Of a stretch of 64,000 nucleotides of DNA, positions 31,060-41,264 are shown in pieces; the stretch's first letter is position 1; every line of letters begins with the position of its first letter. The notes beneath the pieces are model-generated. The model was not told the origin of the DNA. It did not search any database and worked only from the letters and a program-made list of their open reading frames with translations. Source of the DNA: an uncultured delta proteobacterium (GTDB lineage: Bacteria > Myxococcota_A > Polyangia > Polyangiales > Polyangiaceae); contig CAVQUB010000011.1 in the NCBI GenBank assembly GCA_963716725.1, forward strand, positions 192,001 through 256,000, read 5' to 3'. The translations under genes were made by a program, and so were the position numbers.

Positions 31060-31587
31060 TCACCCCCGCGCGGCCCCGGTCACCCGCGGCAGAATTTCCA
31101 CGAAATTGCAGGGACGCGTCCGGGCGTCGAGCTGCGGCAGGAGGATCTTCTCGAGGGCCAGACGACAGGCCCCGGTCGAGCCGGGCAGCGTGAACACCAG
31201 AGTGGTCCCGCACAGCGCCGCCTCGCTGCGCGACTGGATGGTCGAGGCGCCGATCTCGGCGTAGCTGAGCCAACGGAACAGCTCACCGAAGCCCGGCAGG
31301 GATTTGGTCACCAGCGGCGCGAGCGCGTCCGGGGTGACGTCCCGGGCGGTGATGCCGGTGCCTCCGGTGGCCACGACCACGTCGACGTCCGGAGACGCAA
31401 TGAAGCCCTGAAGCTCCGAGCGAATCGCGTCGAGATCGTCGGTGACGATGCGCCGCGCGGCGATGGCGTGACCCGCACCACCAAGATCCGTCGCGAGCAA
31501 TCCTCCGCTGGTATCCGTCTCGAGCGTCCGCGTATCACTCACGGTGAGCACGGCGATCCTGAGGGGCACGAAAACACGTTCCGACAT
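31060..31587 (-). CDS. moaB: Molybdenum cofactor biosynthesis protein B
   Basis: LTVSDTR..DTSG, TGGTG...[25 protein letters not shown]. Confidence 0.95.
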   Translation of the reverse strand: MSERVFVPLRIAVLTVSDTRTLETDTSGGLLATDLGGAGHAIAARRIVTDDLDAIRSELQGFIASPDVDVVVATGGTGITARDVTPDALAPLVTKSLPGFGELFRWLSYAEIGASTIQSRSEAALCGTTLVFTLPGSTGACRLALEKILLPQLDARTRPCNFVEILPRVTGAARG

Positions 31588-31656
31588 GCCGACCACCGTA
31601 GCGCAGGTGCCCCCGGTCGTCCGGTACCGCCTCGAGATGGTATAAGCTGCCCCCCC

Positions 31657-32463
31657 ATGCAGCCCCCCTGGCAACCCCAGCTCCCGCAGGCAGCCCCCGC
31701 CGAGTACTTATCCCCGGGGCCTTCCCACGAAGCCGGCGTCAGCGCGCTGCGGGCGGTCAAGGCGGTTTTCGCCGATCAGAACATCAAGAACAACCTGCTG
31801 ATCGGCATCGTCTTCATGCTGATCCCCATCGTGGGGCCCCTGGCGATGTCGGGTTGGATGTGCGAAGCGCACCAGCGCCTGCTCCGGCGTCACCCGAATC
31901 CGATGCCGAAGATCGACTTTGGCGATTTCGGGGATTACATCAAGCGCGGCCTGCCGGTGTTCTTGTCGTCGCTGATCATCACGCTGCCGGTAATCTTCAT
32001 CGCGTACGTGGTCATGGGTGGCGCCGCCTTCGCGACCTTCGCGGCGGTGGCGGCGACCGGAGAGCCGCTGGTGGGCATCTTGGTCGGCGCCATCTCGGGC
32101 ATCGTCGCTCTGCTCGTGCTGTTTGCGCTGGGCGTCGTGATCAACGCCGCACACACGCGCGCCGAGCTCACCGAAGATCTGGGCGAAGCGCTGAAGCTGG
32201 GACAGATCATGAGCTACTCGAAGGCGACCTTTGGCCAAGTGCTGCTCAAGAACATCACCTTCGGCTTCATCGCCTTCTGCCTGATCTTGGTCGGCATTTT
32301 GCTCTGCTACCTGGGCTTGTACCCAGCCATCGTGGTCGTTCAGATCGCCGCCATGCACCTCAGGTATCAAATCTACTCGGACTACCTGGCCAGGGGCGGC
32401 GAGCCCATCACGCTCAAACCCCCGCAGACGCTGCCTTCGGAAGCGCGCGCCGCCGGATATTGA
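31657..32463 (+). CDS. DUF4013-like multi-pass membrane protein
   Basis: [18 protein letters not shown] pattern, several TM segments. Confidence 0.75.
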   Translation: MQPPWQPQLPQAAPAEYLSPGPSHEAGVSALRAVKAVFADQNIKNNLLIGIVFMLIPIVGPLAMSGWMCEAHQRLLRRHPNPMPKIDFGDFGDYIKRGLPVFLSSLIITLPVIFIAYVVMGGAAFATFAAVAATGEPLVGILVGAISGIVALLVLFALGVVINAAHTRAELTEDLGEALKLGQIMSYSKATFGQVLLKNITFGFIAFCLILVGILLCYLGLYPAIVVVQIAAMHLRYQIYSDYLARGGEPITLKPPQTLPSEARAAGY

Positions 32464-32466
32464 GCC

Positions 32467-33309
32467 TTGGCCGAGTCGGTTCCGCCGGACGAGGAGCTGT
32501 CGAGGCCAGCGCCCCTTGGCGTGCCCGATCGCCTTGCGCCGGGGCCAGCCGAGACCCGAAGCGCGAAGGTCAGCGAGGCGCTCAGCTTCGCCTTCGACGA
32601 CAAGCGGAGCTTGCTGGTCGGCGGGCTCTGGCTCTTGGTTCCCATCGCCGGGTTTCTCGCCATCCAAGGCTGGGCCGCCGAGGCGCAACACCGGCTGCTG
32701 ATGAACCACCCGGATCCGGTGCCGCGGCTCAGCTTCCGTGACTTCGCCCACTATGCGCGCCGCGGTGGTCCCGCCGCCTTGATCGAAGCGGTGGGGTTCG
32801 GCGTGTTCTGGGCCCTCGCCGTGGGGCTCTTCGGTCTCCTGAACGCGAGCCTCCTGGCCGCGGGGCTGGTGGCAGGCTCCGTGGTGGTGCCCCTTGCGGT
32901 ACTGTGCGCGGGCCTCGCCGTCGCGCTGACTCTGCTGGGAATGGTCACCGTCGTGTTCAACGCCATGCTCACCCGGGCGGAGCTGACCGAGCGGCTCGCC
33001 GACGCCGCGGCGCTGGGCGAAGCGTGGCGCGAAGCGCGCCCGATGCGTCGCAAGACCTTCGTCACCTACCTGCTGTACGTGCCGGTCACGCTGGCGCTCC
33101 TGATTTTCGGTAGCGCCTTGTGTGGTGTCGGCGTCCTACCAGCCCTGGTGGCGGTCAAGCTCACCGGCGCGCACCTTCGCTTCCAGCTCTACCAACAGCG
33201 CTTGGCGCGGGGCGGCTCGGCGTTGCCGGCCTGTGCGCCGCGGGCCCTGCCCTCGGAGCGACACCTGGTGCCGGTCCTGCAAATCGGCAGCGCGGAGAAG
33301 AAGCGATGA
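32467..33309 (+). CDS. DUF4013-like membrane protein, tandem paralog of the upstream gene
   Basis: Shares EA.HRLL..HP.P.P, TRAELTE, HLR.Q.Y...LARGG and LPSE with the upstream protein. Confidence 0.75.
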   Translation: MAESVPPDEELSRPAPLGVPDRLAPGPAETRSAKVSEALSFAFDDKRSLLVGGLWLLVPIAGFLAIQGWAAEAQHRLLMNHPDPVPRLSFRDFAHYARRGGPAALIEAVGFGVFWALAVGLFGLLNASLLAAGLVAGSVVVPLAVLCAGLAVALTLLGMVTVVFNAMLTRAELTERLADAAALGEAWREARPMRRKTFVTYLLYVPVTLALLIFGSALCGVGVLPALVAVKLTGAHLRFQLYQQRLARGGSALPACAPRALPSERHLVPVLQIGSAEKKR

Positions 33310-35136
33310 GGGCGGCAGGCGTGGCACTAGTTGCCGTGATGAGCTGCACGCCGAACCCGAATGGCGCGCCCAGCGAAGGAGCCGCGACCCGCACCTCAGC
33401 CACGACCGCGCCGGCGGCGCCGTCGAGCCCGCTGACGGTGTCGGCGTCGGCGTCGGCGTCGGCGTCGGCCGCCCCGCCGCCCGCCCCCGAGACCCTCGAA
33501 TCTCGGCCCGACGCCCATTTTGAAACCCGGCGGAGCGAAGACCGTGCGCGGCACGAACGGGATCGTCGTCGCCGTCGATCCCGAGGCGTCACGCATCGGT
33601 GCACGCGTGCTCGAAGACGGCGGCAACGCGGTGGACGCGACCGTCGCCGTGGCCTTCGTCCTCGCCGTCACCCACCCGAGCGCGGGCAACCTGGGGGGCG
33701 GTGGGTTCATGCTGGTTCGACCCAAGGACGGTCCAACCCAGGCCATCGACTTCCGCGAAACCGCGCCAGCGAGCCTGCCGCGGGCGACCTTCGACGAAAT
33801 GATCGCCAAGGACGGCAGCGGGCCGGTCTCCGTCGGCGTCCCCGGGACGGTCCGCGGACTCGCCCTCGCGCACGAGAAGTTCGGCAAGCTGCCCTGGGCC
33901 AAGCTGGTCGAGCCCGCGCGACGCTTGGCCGAGCAGGGTCACCGCATCCGAAGCCGGGAAGCGCAGACCATCGCGTGGAGCTGGTCCAAGCTGAAGAAGG
34001 ATCCGGCGGCGCGCGCCGAGTTCGGCGATGGGGGCAAGCCGCGCAAAGAGAAGGACACGCTGGTCCGCAAGGATCTCGCCAAGACCCTGGCGCGCATCGC
34101 GAGAGACGGCGCTGCCGGCTTCTACGAAGGCGAGACGGCGAAAGCCATCTCCTCGACGCTGCAGCAACGCGGCGGCACGCTGAGCATGCAAGATCTCGCG
34201 AACTACGCGGCCAAGCTGCGCTCGCCCCTCGAGATCGACTATCGCGGCCTCCGGGTGGAGACCATGCCGCCGCCCTCCGCAGGTGGCGTCGCGCTGCTCC
34301 AGCTCTTGGGAATTCTCCAGCACGAACGCGCGTACACCCGAAGCGCTGGCTCGGTCGAGGACGCCCACCTGTTCCTGGAGGCTTCGCGCCGCGCGCAGGC
34401 CGCCAGGCGCTTCGGTGTCGTCGATCCGGACTCCCTTGCACCCGAAGAACTGGCCGAGCGGATCACTCGCTTCCGCGACGTGCACGCGCTGTTGACCCGC
34501 CTGCCCATCGATCTCGACCGCCCCACACCGTCGGAGAAGGTCCATCCGCTGTACCGCGAGGCGATGCGTGAGCTGGAGCACACCACGCATTTTTCAGTTA
34601 TTGACCAGGGCGGCATGGCGGTGAGCTGCACCACGACTCTGTCGGCGGGGTTCGGGTCGAAGATCGTCGTGCCGAAGACCGGCATCGTGCTCAACAACGC
34701 CGTGGCGTCCTTCGGCAGCTTCGGCGAAAACCAGCCCGTCGGCGGCAGGCGCACGGTGAGCAGCATGGCGCCCACGCTGGTCACCCGGAACGGCGAGCTC
34801 GTGCTCGTGCTCGGCTCCCCCGGTGGCGACACGATCCCGAGCACGGTCGCCCAGGTCTTTCACAACCTGGTGGATCACGGCATGACGCTGGATCGAGCGG
34901 TGGAGTCCGGCCGCCTGCACCACGGTTTCGTCCCGGACGAGATCCGCTACGAACGAGCCCGCCCACCATCGAAGCAAGCGCTCGATGGGCTGAAGAAGCT
35001 GGGCCACGTGATCAGCAAGAAGACCATCCCGATGGGAGACGCCAACAACATCTCGATCGTCGATGGCGTGGCCTACGGGATGGCCGATCCGCGCGAGGGC
35101 GGGCAGGCCGTCGCCGCCCGCGCCCAGCGGCGCTGA
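33306..35136 (+). CDS. ggt: Gamma-glutamyltransferase, lipoprotein, with apparent +1 frameshift at TTTT 33518-33521
   Basis: GGNAVDA, GGGGFM, IDFRETAP, nucleophile TTHFSV, SSMAPT, GSPGG. The signal peptide (MRAAGVALVAVMSC, ATG 33306) is in a different frame from the catalytic ORF 33520..35136. Confidence 0.9.
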
Positions 35137-35146
35137 CTCGCCGCGC

Positions 35147-35875
35147 TCAGCCCAAGTGTTCGGCGTAGAACCTTCGACGCCACTCGAAGAAGCGCGCGTA
35201 CTTCGCCGCGTCGGCGAAACCCGGAACGCCGATGCCCTCCCATTCCGGCAGCGCAGAGTGACGGGTCTTGGGGAACTCCAGGTGAAACGCCAGCCCCGCG
35301 GCGGCGACGTCGGCGAGAGACGGCTCGTCGCCGCAGAGGTAGCGGTGCTTCTCGAGCCGCTCGCAGAGTTCCCCGAGCAGAATGTGAGTCCGCTCCACGG
35401 ATTTCTCGACGAGGCGCTTGGCCTTGCCCAGACGCATCAGCGGGTGCACCGCCCGCGCCGCCAAGCGTCCGCGACCGAGGCCCCAGACCTCGACCTCGAG
35501 CAGGCGCTCCACGTCTCGGGGGCGCTCGCGCACGATCCAATCGAACCAAGCCACCGGCGCGTAGCTGCCCATCCAGTGATCGATCCGATCTTCGAGCGCC
35601 ATCACTTCTCGGCGAGCATCGGGGCTCGACGGCAAGAGGCGCGGTTCGGGGGTCCGGTCCTCCAGATAGAGCGCGATCTCGGTGGAGTCCGCCACGATGC
35701 GCCCGCCGTCGTCGATCACCGGTGCTTTGCGTTGACCACTGAGCCGATACAGCCCGACCTGCGGCAGCCCGAGCCGACGCTCCTCGATGCGAAATTGGAG
35801 CTTCTTGAACTCGAGCAGCGCTCGTCCCTTTTCGGAGAAGTGACTGAGTGGAAACCGGTAGAGCACGATGGCCAT
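35147..35875 (-). CDS. Glutathione S-transferase family protein
   Basis: SHFSEK, KAPVI.D.G....DSTEIALYLE, YL.GD.PSLAD. Confidence 0.92.
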   Translation of the reverse strand: MAIVLYRFPLSHFSEKGRALLEFKKLQFRIEERRLGLPQVGLYRLSGQRKAPVIDDGGRIVADSTEIALYLEDRTPEPRLLPSSPDARREVMALEDRIDHWMGSYAPVAWFDWIVRERPRDVERLLEVEVWGLGRGRLAARAVHPLMRLGKAKRLVEKSVERTHILLGELCERLEKHRYLCGDEPSLADVAAAGLAFHLEFPKTRHSALPEWEGIGVPGFADAAKYARFFEWRRRFYAEHLG

Positions 35876-35933
35876 GGGCCGCTCTGCTAGCACGGGCGCG
35901 CGCAGGCGCGGATCGCGTGTAGAGTGGGCGCCC

Positions 35934-36521
35934 ATGTGGGACGACCGTTACAGCGAGCCGGGCTACGCCTACGGCTCTGAGCCCAATGACTTCCTGGTCA
36001 GCGTCGTCGAACGCATTCCACCGGGACCTGTGCTGTGTCTGGCCGAGGGAGAGGGTCGCAACGCCGTCTTTCTGGCGGGCCGCGGCCATGCGGTCACCGC
36101 CGTCGATGCCTCGGCGATCGGACTCGGAAAGGCCCGGTCGCTGGCAGCGGAGCGAAAGGTCACCATCGAGACGGTGTGCTCGGATCTTGCCGACTACACC
36201 ATCACGCCCGATCACTGGGCGGGCATCGTCTGCATCTGGTGCCACCTGCCCGGCGCGCTCCGCGAAAGAGTGCACCGGGCGGCGGCCGCGGGCCTTCGCT
36301 CTGGCGGCGTGATCGTGCTCGAAGCCTACACGCCGGCGCAGCTGGCTCTGGGAACCGGCGGCCCGAAGGTCAGCGAACTGCTCTACACACGCGAGCTTCT
36401 GGAGCGCGACTTCGAAGGCCTCGAGTGGATCATCGCCCGCGAAACCGAACGCGAGATCCACGAGGGCAAGTACCACGGCGGCCGGAGCGCGGTCGTGCAG
36501 CTCGTGGGGCGCAAGCCATAG
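35934..36521 (+). CDS. Class I SAM-dependent methyltransferase (TehB-like)
   Basis: MWDDRY...YG.EPNDFL, LCLAEGEGRNAVFLA, EG.YH.G.SAV. Confidence 0.9.
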   Translation: MWDDRYSEPGYAYGSEPNDFLVSVVERIPPGPVLCLAEGEGRNAVFLAGRGHAVTAVDASAIGLGKARSLAAERKVTIETVCSDLADYTITPDHWAGIVCIWCHLPGALRERVHRAAAAGLRSGGVIVLEAYTPAQLALGTGGPKVSELLYTRELLERDFEGLEWIIARETEREIHEGKYHGGRSAVVQLVGRKP

Positions 36522-36530
36522 CGGAGCCGT

Positions 36531-36557
36531 CGCGAGTGCCGCGATTGCCGCGAGTGC
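36531..36557 (+). repeat. Intergenic 9-bp direct repeat x3 (CGCGAKTGC)
   Basis: CGCGAGTGC CGCGATTGC CGCGAGTGC upstream of the ferritin-like gene. Confidence 0.75.
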
Positions 36558-36605
36558 CGTGCGGTGACCCTTGACGCCGACGACCGTCGCACCCCTACTT
36601 CCGGC

Positions 36606-37046
36606 ATGCCACTCCGAGATCTCGACGTCGCAAAGACCACGCGCATCTTGAACACGATCATCGAGTACGAGCTCGCGGGCGTCGTGCGCTACACCCACTA
36701 TGCGCTGATGGTTGCCGGGCCGAACCGCATCCCGATCGTCGCGTTCTTGACGGCGCAGGCTCAAGAGTCACTGCTGCACGCCCAGCAGGCCGGCGAAGTC
36801 CTCACCGGCCTCGAGGGGCACCCCTCGATGCGCATCGCGCCCCTCGAAGAGACGAATCAGCACTCGATCCAGGCGCTGCTGCAAGAGAGCCTGAATCACG
36901 AGCTCGAGGCCGTGAAGCACTACAAGGCGCTGCTCGAGGCCGTGGAGAACGCGAGCATCTACCTGGAGGAGTTCGCGCGGACCATGATCGGCGCCGAAGA
37001 GCGCCACCAGCTCGAGCTGAAGAAGATGCTCCGCGACTTCAGCTGA
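36606..37046 (+). CDS. Bacterioferritin/ferritin-like protein
   Basis: Four-helix diiron pattern: E..(ELAGVVRY), ExxH-like ESLLH, E (HELEA) and EERH. Confidence 0.88.
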   Translation: MPLRDLDVAKTTRILNTIIEYELAGVVRYTHYALMVAGPNRIPIVAFLTAQAQESLLHAQQAGEVLTGLEGHPSMRIAPLEETNQHSIQALLQESLNHELEAVKHYKALLEAVENASIYLEEFARTMIGAEERHQLELKKMLRDFS

Positions 37047-37068
37047 GCCCGGGCCCAGCTCGGGCTCA
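37044..37068. terminator. Hairpin between convergent genes, overlapping both stop codons
   Basis: TGAGCCCGGGC-CCA-GCTCGGGCTCA, 11-bp stem with one G-U pair; no U-tract. Confidence 0.55.
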
Positions 37069-38826
37069 CTTCTTGGTGTAGGGGTTGTCGGCGAAGCCGC
37101 CGCCCGCCGTGGGCCCTGGTTTGGGCCCTGGTCTCAGCCCCGGGCCAGAGGTCGGCCGCTTGGCAAACTCGATCACGAGCTCGTCCGAGCTCGATGGGAT
37201 CATGCTGCGCTTCGTCCGCCCATCCGCCGCCACGGCGTCGACGAGGGCGCCGGACGCGGGACGCGCCGGCAACCCGACCTCCGGCGACGCCGGAGTGATC
37301 TTGATGATCTCTTTGCCGATCGTCAGCTTGGCGATGTCGGCGTTGGCCCGAACCATGAAGGGTTGGGGCTTGGCCTCGTTCGGGGTGGGCGCAGGCGCAG
37401 GCGCAGGCGTGGCCGTGGCCGTGGCCGTCGCCGTGCGGGGCGGCTGAGCAGCGCCGACGGCCGACGCCGACGCCGACGCCGACGCCAAAGCATCCGCGGC
37501 CGCACCTCGCCCCATCAACGACACGCTGATCACGCCGAGGAGCACGAATGCGATGCCGGCCCCGCTCGCCACGCCGATGATCGCGGCGCGGTTGCGGCGG
37601 TCCGCGAGGGCGGTCGAGATGGTGCGCTGAACCGAGTCGGTGACTCCGCTGGTCCCCGGCGCGCGGCCACTACCGCCCTGTTCTCTCCAAGCGATGGTGG
37701 CGCCGGTGGTGTCGTCACGGGTCCGCGGTGGATCCGTCTGGGGCTCGAGTTCCTCCTCGGCGGTCATCAGCGACGGCTCGCGATCCCCCGAGAACGACGG
37801 CGACGGCTGGCGCGCAGCCTCGTGCAGTGCGCCGGCGAGCTCCCCCGCGCGGCCCCGCAGGCGGCGGATCTCCTCGACCTTCTTCCGGCGATCAGCGAGC
37901 TTGGGGCCGACCACACGGCGCACGAACTCCGCCACGTCGGTGGTGTCCGCGACGGGATGCGCGGCCAGGAGCCTTCGTCGCAGGGCGTCCGCGCTGGGAC
38001 AGCGCTCCGCGAGCTCTCGGGTCAGCGCCCAGTCCAGCGCGTCGTCGAGCTCCTCGGGCAGTTCGGGCCGAACGCTACGCAGGCGAGGCGGGTCTTCGTT
38101 GACGATCTTGAGCAGCGCACCGATCTCGTCCTCGGTGTCGTAGAGGCGATCCCCAACGATGGCCTCCCAGGCCACAGCGCCGGCTGCCCAGACATCGCAG
38201 CGCTGGTCCACCTTCGCGCCCCGAGCCTGCTCCGGAGCCATGTAGGCGATCTTGCCTTTGATCTTCCCGGTGCGTGTGTGCCCGGCGGTGTAGGCCATCT
38301 TCGCGATGCCAAAGTCCGTGAGGCGGCTCACCCCGTCGGTCCCCACCAGGATGTTGTGCGGTGAGAAGTCGCGGTGCACAACGCCCAGGCTCTCGCCGTG
38401 CTTGCCCTTGAGCTCGTGGGCGGCGAAGAGCCCCGCCAGCGCGTCCGTCACGATCCGGAGCCCGATGGGCGTCGGGATACGCTCACCGAGCCGCTTCATC
38501 GTGCGCCTCAGCCCGGCCAAGGTGTCGCCCTCCACGTACTCCATCACCAGAAAGAGACCATTTGGATCCTCCCCGACGTCGATCACCGGAACCACGTTGG
38601 GGTGGCAGATCTTCGCCGCGAGCTTGGCTTCTTTCAGCAGGTCGTTCGCGAGGTGGGAGTCCGAGTCGGCGGTGCCGTGGATCATCTTCACGGCGACTTG
38701 GCGTTGAAACCCGCCATCGCGTGCGGCGATGCCCAGATACACGGTGGCCATGCCGCCGGCGCCGATGGGCGCCAGCAGCTCGTACCAACCCACGCGCTCC
38801 GGGAATGGAGCCGAGATCTTGGACAC
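37066..38826 (-). CDS. Hanks-type Ser/Thr protein kinase, single TM
   Basis: GAGGMATV, VAVK, HRDFSPHN, DFG, YMAPE, DVW; TM segment followed by an Ala/Pro-rich external tail ending NPY. Start GTG 38826 or 38829. Confidence 0.95.
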   Translation of the reverse strand: MSKISAPFPERVGWYELLAPIGAGGMATVYLGIAARDGGFQRQVAVKMIHGTADSDSHLANDLLKEAKLAAKICHPNVVPVIDVGEDPNGLFLVMEYVEGDTLAGLRRTMKRLGERIPTPIGLRIVTDALAGLFAAHELKGKHGESLGVVHRDFSPHNILVGTDGVSRLTDFGIAKMAYTAGHTRTGKIKGKIAYMAPEQARGAKVDQRCDVWAAGAVAWEAIVGDRLYDTEDEIGALLKIVNEDPPRLRSVRPELPEELDDALDWALTRELAERCPSADALRRRLLAAHPVADTTDVAEFVRRVVGPKLADRRKKVEEIRRLRGRAGELAGALHEAARQPSPSFSGDREPSLMTAEEELEPQTDPPRTRDDTTGATIAWREQGGSGRAPGTSGVTDSVQRTISTALADRRNRAAIIGVASGAGIAFVLLGVISVSLMGRGAAADALASASASASAVGAAQPPRTATATATATPAPAPAPTPNEAKPQPFMVRANADIAKLTIGKEIIKITPASPEVGLPARPASGALVDAVAADGRTKRSMIPSSSDELVIEFAKRPTSGPGLRPGPKPGPTAGGGFADNPYTKK

Positions 38827-38936
38827 CACGAAAACTATACCCGACCGCCCTGGCCGCTGCTCCGCCGAACCGGTGCGCCACCCCAGCGGGCGGCTCAGCG
38901 CCGAGCTATACTGCTGTGCGTCCCTCAGAAAACGCC

Positions 38937-39770
38937 GTGAAATACCGCACAACCCGCCAAATCGCCGCCGTGGCTCTGGCCGCGGTGGCGCCCGCCTGCC
39001 TCGGGATCGCGGAGGTGGAGCCGGACGGAAGCGGGGGAGCCACCGGGAGCGGCGGCTCCAGCGTCGACGCGAGCGGCGAGTTCCCCACCAGCTCGGGAGC
39101 CACCGGCGGGGCACTCTCCGACGCGGCGAGCGGCGGATCCGGCGGCTCCGGAGGCAGCGGGGGGTCCGGAGGCAGCGGGGGGTCCGGCAGCGGCGGCACC
39201 GGCGGCACCGGCGGCGGATCCGGTGGCGGCGGCTCGCTGATCTTGAAGCCCGGGCCGGGGCTCAGCGGCGACGGCTTTCTGGCGTTGCTCTCCCTGTGTG
39301 GCGAGAAGGTCCACGACTCGTACCAGCAGGCGAACTACAAAGCGATCCACGTCGGACGCGACCTGCCCTGCGGGAGCAAGGCCACTTACCGCGCGTTTCT
39401 GCGCTTCGGCCTCTCGGCAGTGCCGGCGCCGGTGAAGAAGGCGACGCTGAAGATTTATTACGCCCAGAAGAAAGATCCGACGGCGGGCGTGTCGCTGCTC
39501 GCCATCAGCGACTTCCAGCAGCTCGTCAGCGCGAGCTGGGACGCTGCGGTGCTGACCGACTTGGGCACGATGATCAACCCGGGCACCGCTCCGGGGTGGA
39601 TCGCGACCGACGTATCGGGCCCCGTCCAGGCCGCTCAGGCCTCGGGCGCCGCGGCCTTCGAGCTGCGCTACCAGGACGAAGGCCAGGACCCGGCAGGGAA
39701 ATCCCGCTGGTACGGCGTGGTCGCGACCGAAAATGGCTCTCTGGGCCCCGAGCTAGCAGTCGAATACTGA
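38937..39770 (+). CDS. Lipoprotein with Gly/Ser linker and DNRLRE/CBM96-like domain
   Basis: Lipobox APAC; RAFLRFGLS.V...VKKATLKIY, W...DV, E....P.L.VEY pattern. Confidence 0.7.
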   Translation: MKYRTTRQIAAVALAAVAPACLGIAEVEPDGSGGATGSGGSSVDASGEFPTSSGATGGALSDAASGGSGGSGGSGGSGGSGGSGSGGTGGTGGGSGGGGSLILKPGPGLSGDGFLALLSLCGEKVHDSYQQANYKAIHVGRDLPCGSKATYRAFLRFGLSAVPAPVKKATLKIYYAQKKDPTAGVSLLAISDFQQLVSASWDAAVLTDLGTMINPGTAPGWIATDVSGPVQAAQASGAAAFELRYQDEGQDPAGKSRWYGVVATENGSLGPELAVEY

Positions 39771-39802
39771 CGCCCTTTGTGCTCCAATCTCCCGAGGAGG
39801 AG

Positions 39803-40894
39803 ATGGGCATGCCTCGCATCGCCGTGCTGACATCCGGCGGAGACGCACCGGGAATGAACGCTGCGCTCCGCACCATCGCCAAGGTCGCTGCCGTCCACGG
39901 GGTCGAGGTGATCGGGTTCGAGGACGGCTACGACGGACTGATTGACGGTCGCGTGCGTGCGCTCACGCACCGAAGTGCAGAGGGGCTCACCACGACGCAG
40001 GAGGTCGGCCTCGCCGGCAACCTCGGAGGAACCTTCCTGGGCAGCTCGCGCTCGGCGCGCTTCATGACACCGGAGGGGCGCGCCGGTGCGGCGATTCGCC
40101 TGGACGGCTTCACTGGCCTGATCGTCATCGGCGGCAATGGCTCCCTCACCGGCGCCCACAAGCTCGCCCAAGAGACCGGCGTCAAAGTCATGGGCGTGCC
40201 GGCTTCCATCGACAACGACGTGGGCTGCACCTCCACGGCCATCGGGGTCGACAGCGCGCTCAACGTGATCGTCGAGGCCTGCGACCGCATCAGCGACACT
40301 GCCCGATCGCACCACCGCGCCTTCATCATCGAGGTGATGGGGCGCCACTCGGGCTACCTGGCCATGGCCTCCGCGATCGCCGTCGGCGCCGACGGGATCT
40401 TGTTCCGCGAGCAATCCAGAAACGAGGCCGAGCTGGTCAGCCGGGTCGCCGATCTCTTGCGACGCGGCTTCGCCGATCGCACCGACAAGCGTCGGGTGTT
40501 GGTGATCAAGTCCGAGGGCGTGGAGATCCCGTGCACGCGCCTCGTGCGTTTGGTGCAAGACGAGCTCGCAACGGATCTCCCTGAGGTGGAGGTGCGCGCG
40601 ACGGTGCTCGGGCACCTGGTCCGCGGCGGTAGTCCGTCCTACCAAGACCGCATGGTCGCCGGCCGCCTGGGCCTCGCGGCGCTCGACGCGCTGATGGCGG
40701 GCGAGACGGATCAGATGGTGGCGTGGCTGCCGCAGCAGGTCGAGGGCGGCGTGCCGACCTCGGACCCCGCGGTGCAGCGTTTCACTCTGACGCAGGTGCT
40801 CGACGAGACCCGCGCCTTGCTCGACGGCACCAGCGCCGTGACGCGGTGGCGCGTCGGCATGCTCGAAAAGCTGGAAGGCGCCCTCGGGTTGTGA
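39803..40894 (+). CDS. pfkA: 6-phosphofructokinase (ATP-type)
   Basis: LTSGGDAPGMNAA, GGTFLGSSR, GGNGS, PASIDND, EVMGR, LGHLVRGG; GAGGAGG RBS. Confidence 0.95.
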   Translation: MGMPRIAVLTSGGDAPGMNAALRTIAKVAAVHGVEVIGFEDGYDGLIDGRVRALTHRSAEGLTTTQEVGLAGNLGGTFLGSSRSARFMTPEGRAGAAIRLDGFTGLIVIGGNGSLTGAHKLAQETGVKVMGVPASIDNDVGCTSTAIGVDSALNVIVEACDRISDTARSHHRAFIIEVMGRHSGYLAMASAIAVGADGILFREQSRNEAELVSRVADLLRRGFADRTDKRRVLVIKSEGVEIPCTRLVRLVQDELATDLPEVEVRATVLGHLVRGGSPSYQDRMVAGRLGLAALDALMAGETDQMVAWLPQQVEGGVPTSDPAVQRFTLTQVLDETRALLDGTSAVTRWRVGMLEKLEGALGL

Positions 40895-41025
40895 CCTTCG
40901 GCCCCTCGGGGAGCCGCCGACGATGACCAACAAAGCCGACCGGATACGCTCGTCGCGGCCCGAACCCCGCTACTGGACGGGATCGTCGAGCTGGGGTTCC
41001 GAAGAATAGGGAATCGTTACCGTTG

Positions 41026-41109
41026 TGCGAAGGAGAGGACTTGAACCTCCATGGGAGTTACCCCGCTAGCACCTCAAGCTAGTGCGTCTGCCAGTTCCGC
41101 CACCTTCGC
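41026..41109 (-). tRNA. tRNA-Leu(GAG)
   Basis: The minus strand reads GCGAAGG acceptor, D arm TGGCAGA, anticodon arm CTAGC-TTGAGGT-GCTAG, long variable arm and GGTTCAAGTCC T arm. CCA is not encoded (discriminator A is followed by CAA). Confidence 0.97.
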
Positions 41110-41119
41110 GGGTGTCCGG

Positions 41120-41149
41120 AGTGGCAATCGAATGGTACCGATTGCCACT
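41120..41149. repeat. Perfect 11-bp inverted repeat just upstream of the tRNA
   Basis: AGTGGCAATCG-N8-CGATTGCCACT. Confidence 0.9.
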
Positions 41150-41232
41150 TGGGAGGCCCGGATCTAGCCCAGGGATGGGGCTGACGGCAACCCGTTTCCG
41201 CGGGGCTCCGCGAAGCTCGCCGATCGCCCCAT

Positions 41233-41264
41233 CCAGCGGCCCAGCGGCCCAGCGGCCCAGCGGC
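41233..41264 (+). repeat. Intergenic 8-bp tandem repeat x4 (CCAGCGGC)
   Basis: Read directly; four perfect copies. Confidence 0.9.

Noticed and set aside
33438..33470. (TCGGCG)n hexamer run, with similar runs at ~37385-37490
   Set aside because: Ordinary coding Ser-Ala / Thr-Ala / Pro-Ala linker microsatellites.
40895..41109. tRNA-Leu as an integration site / genomic island boundary
   Set aside because: No integrase, no duplicated tRNA 3' end seen in the window, and housekeeping pfkA lies directly downstream.
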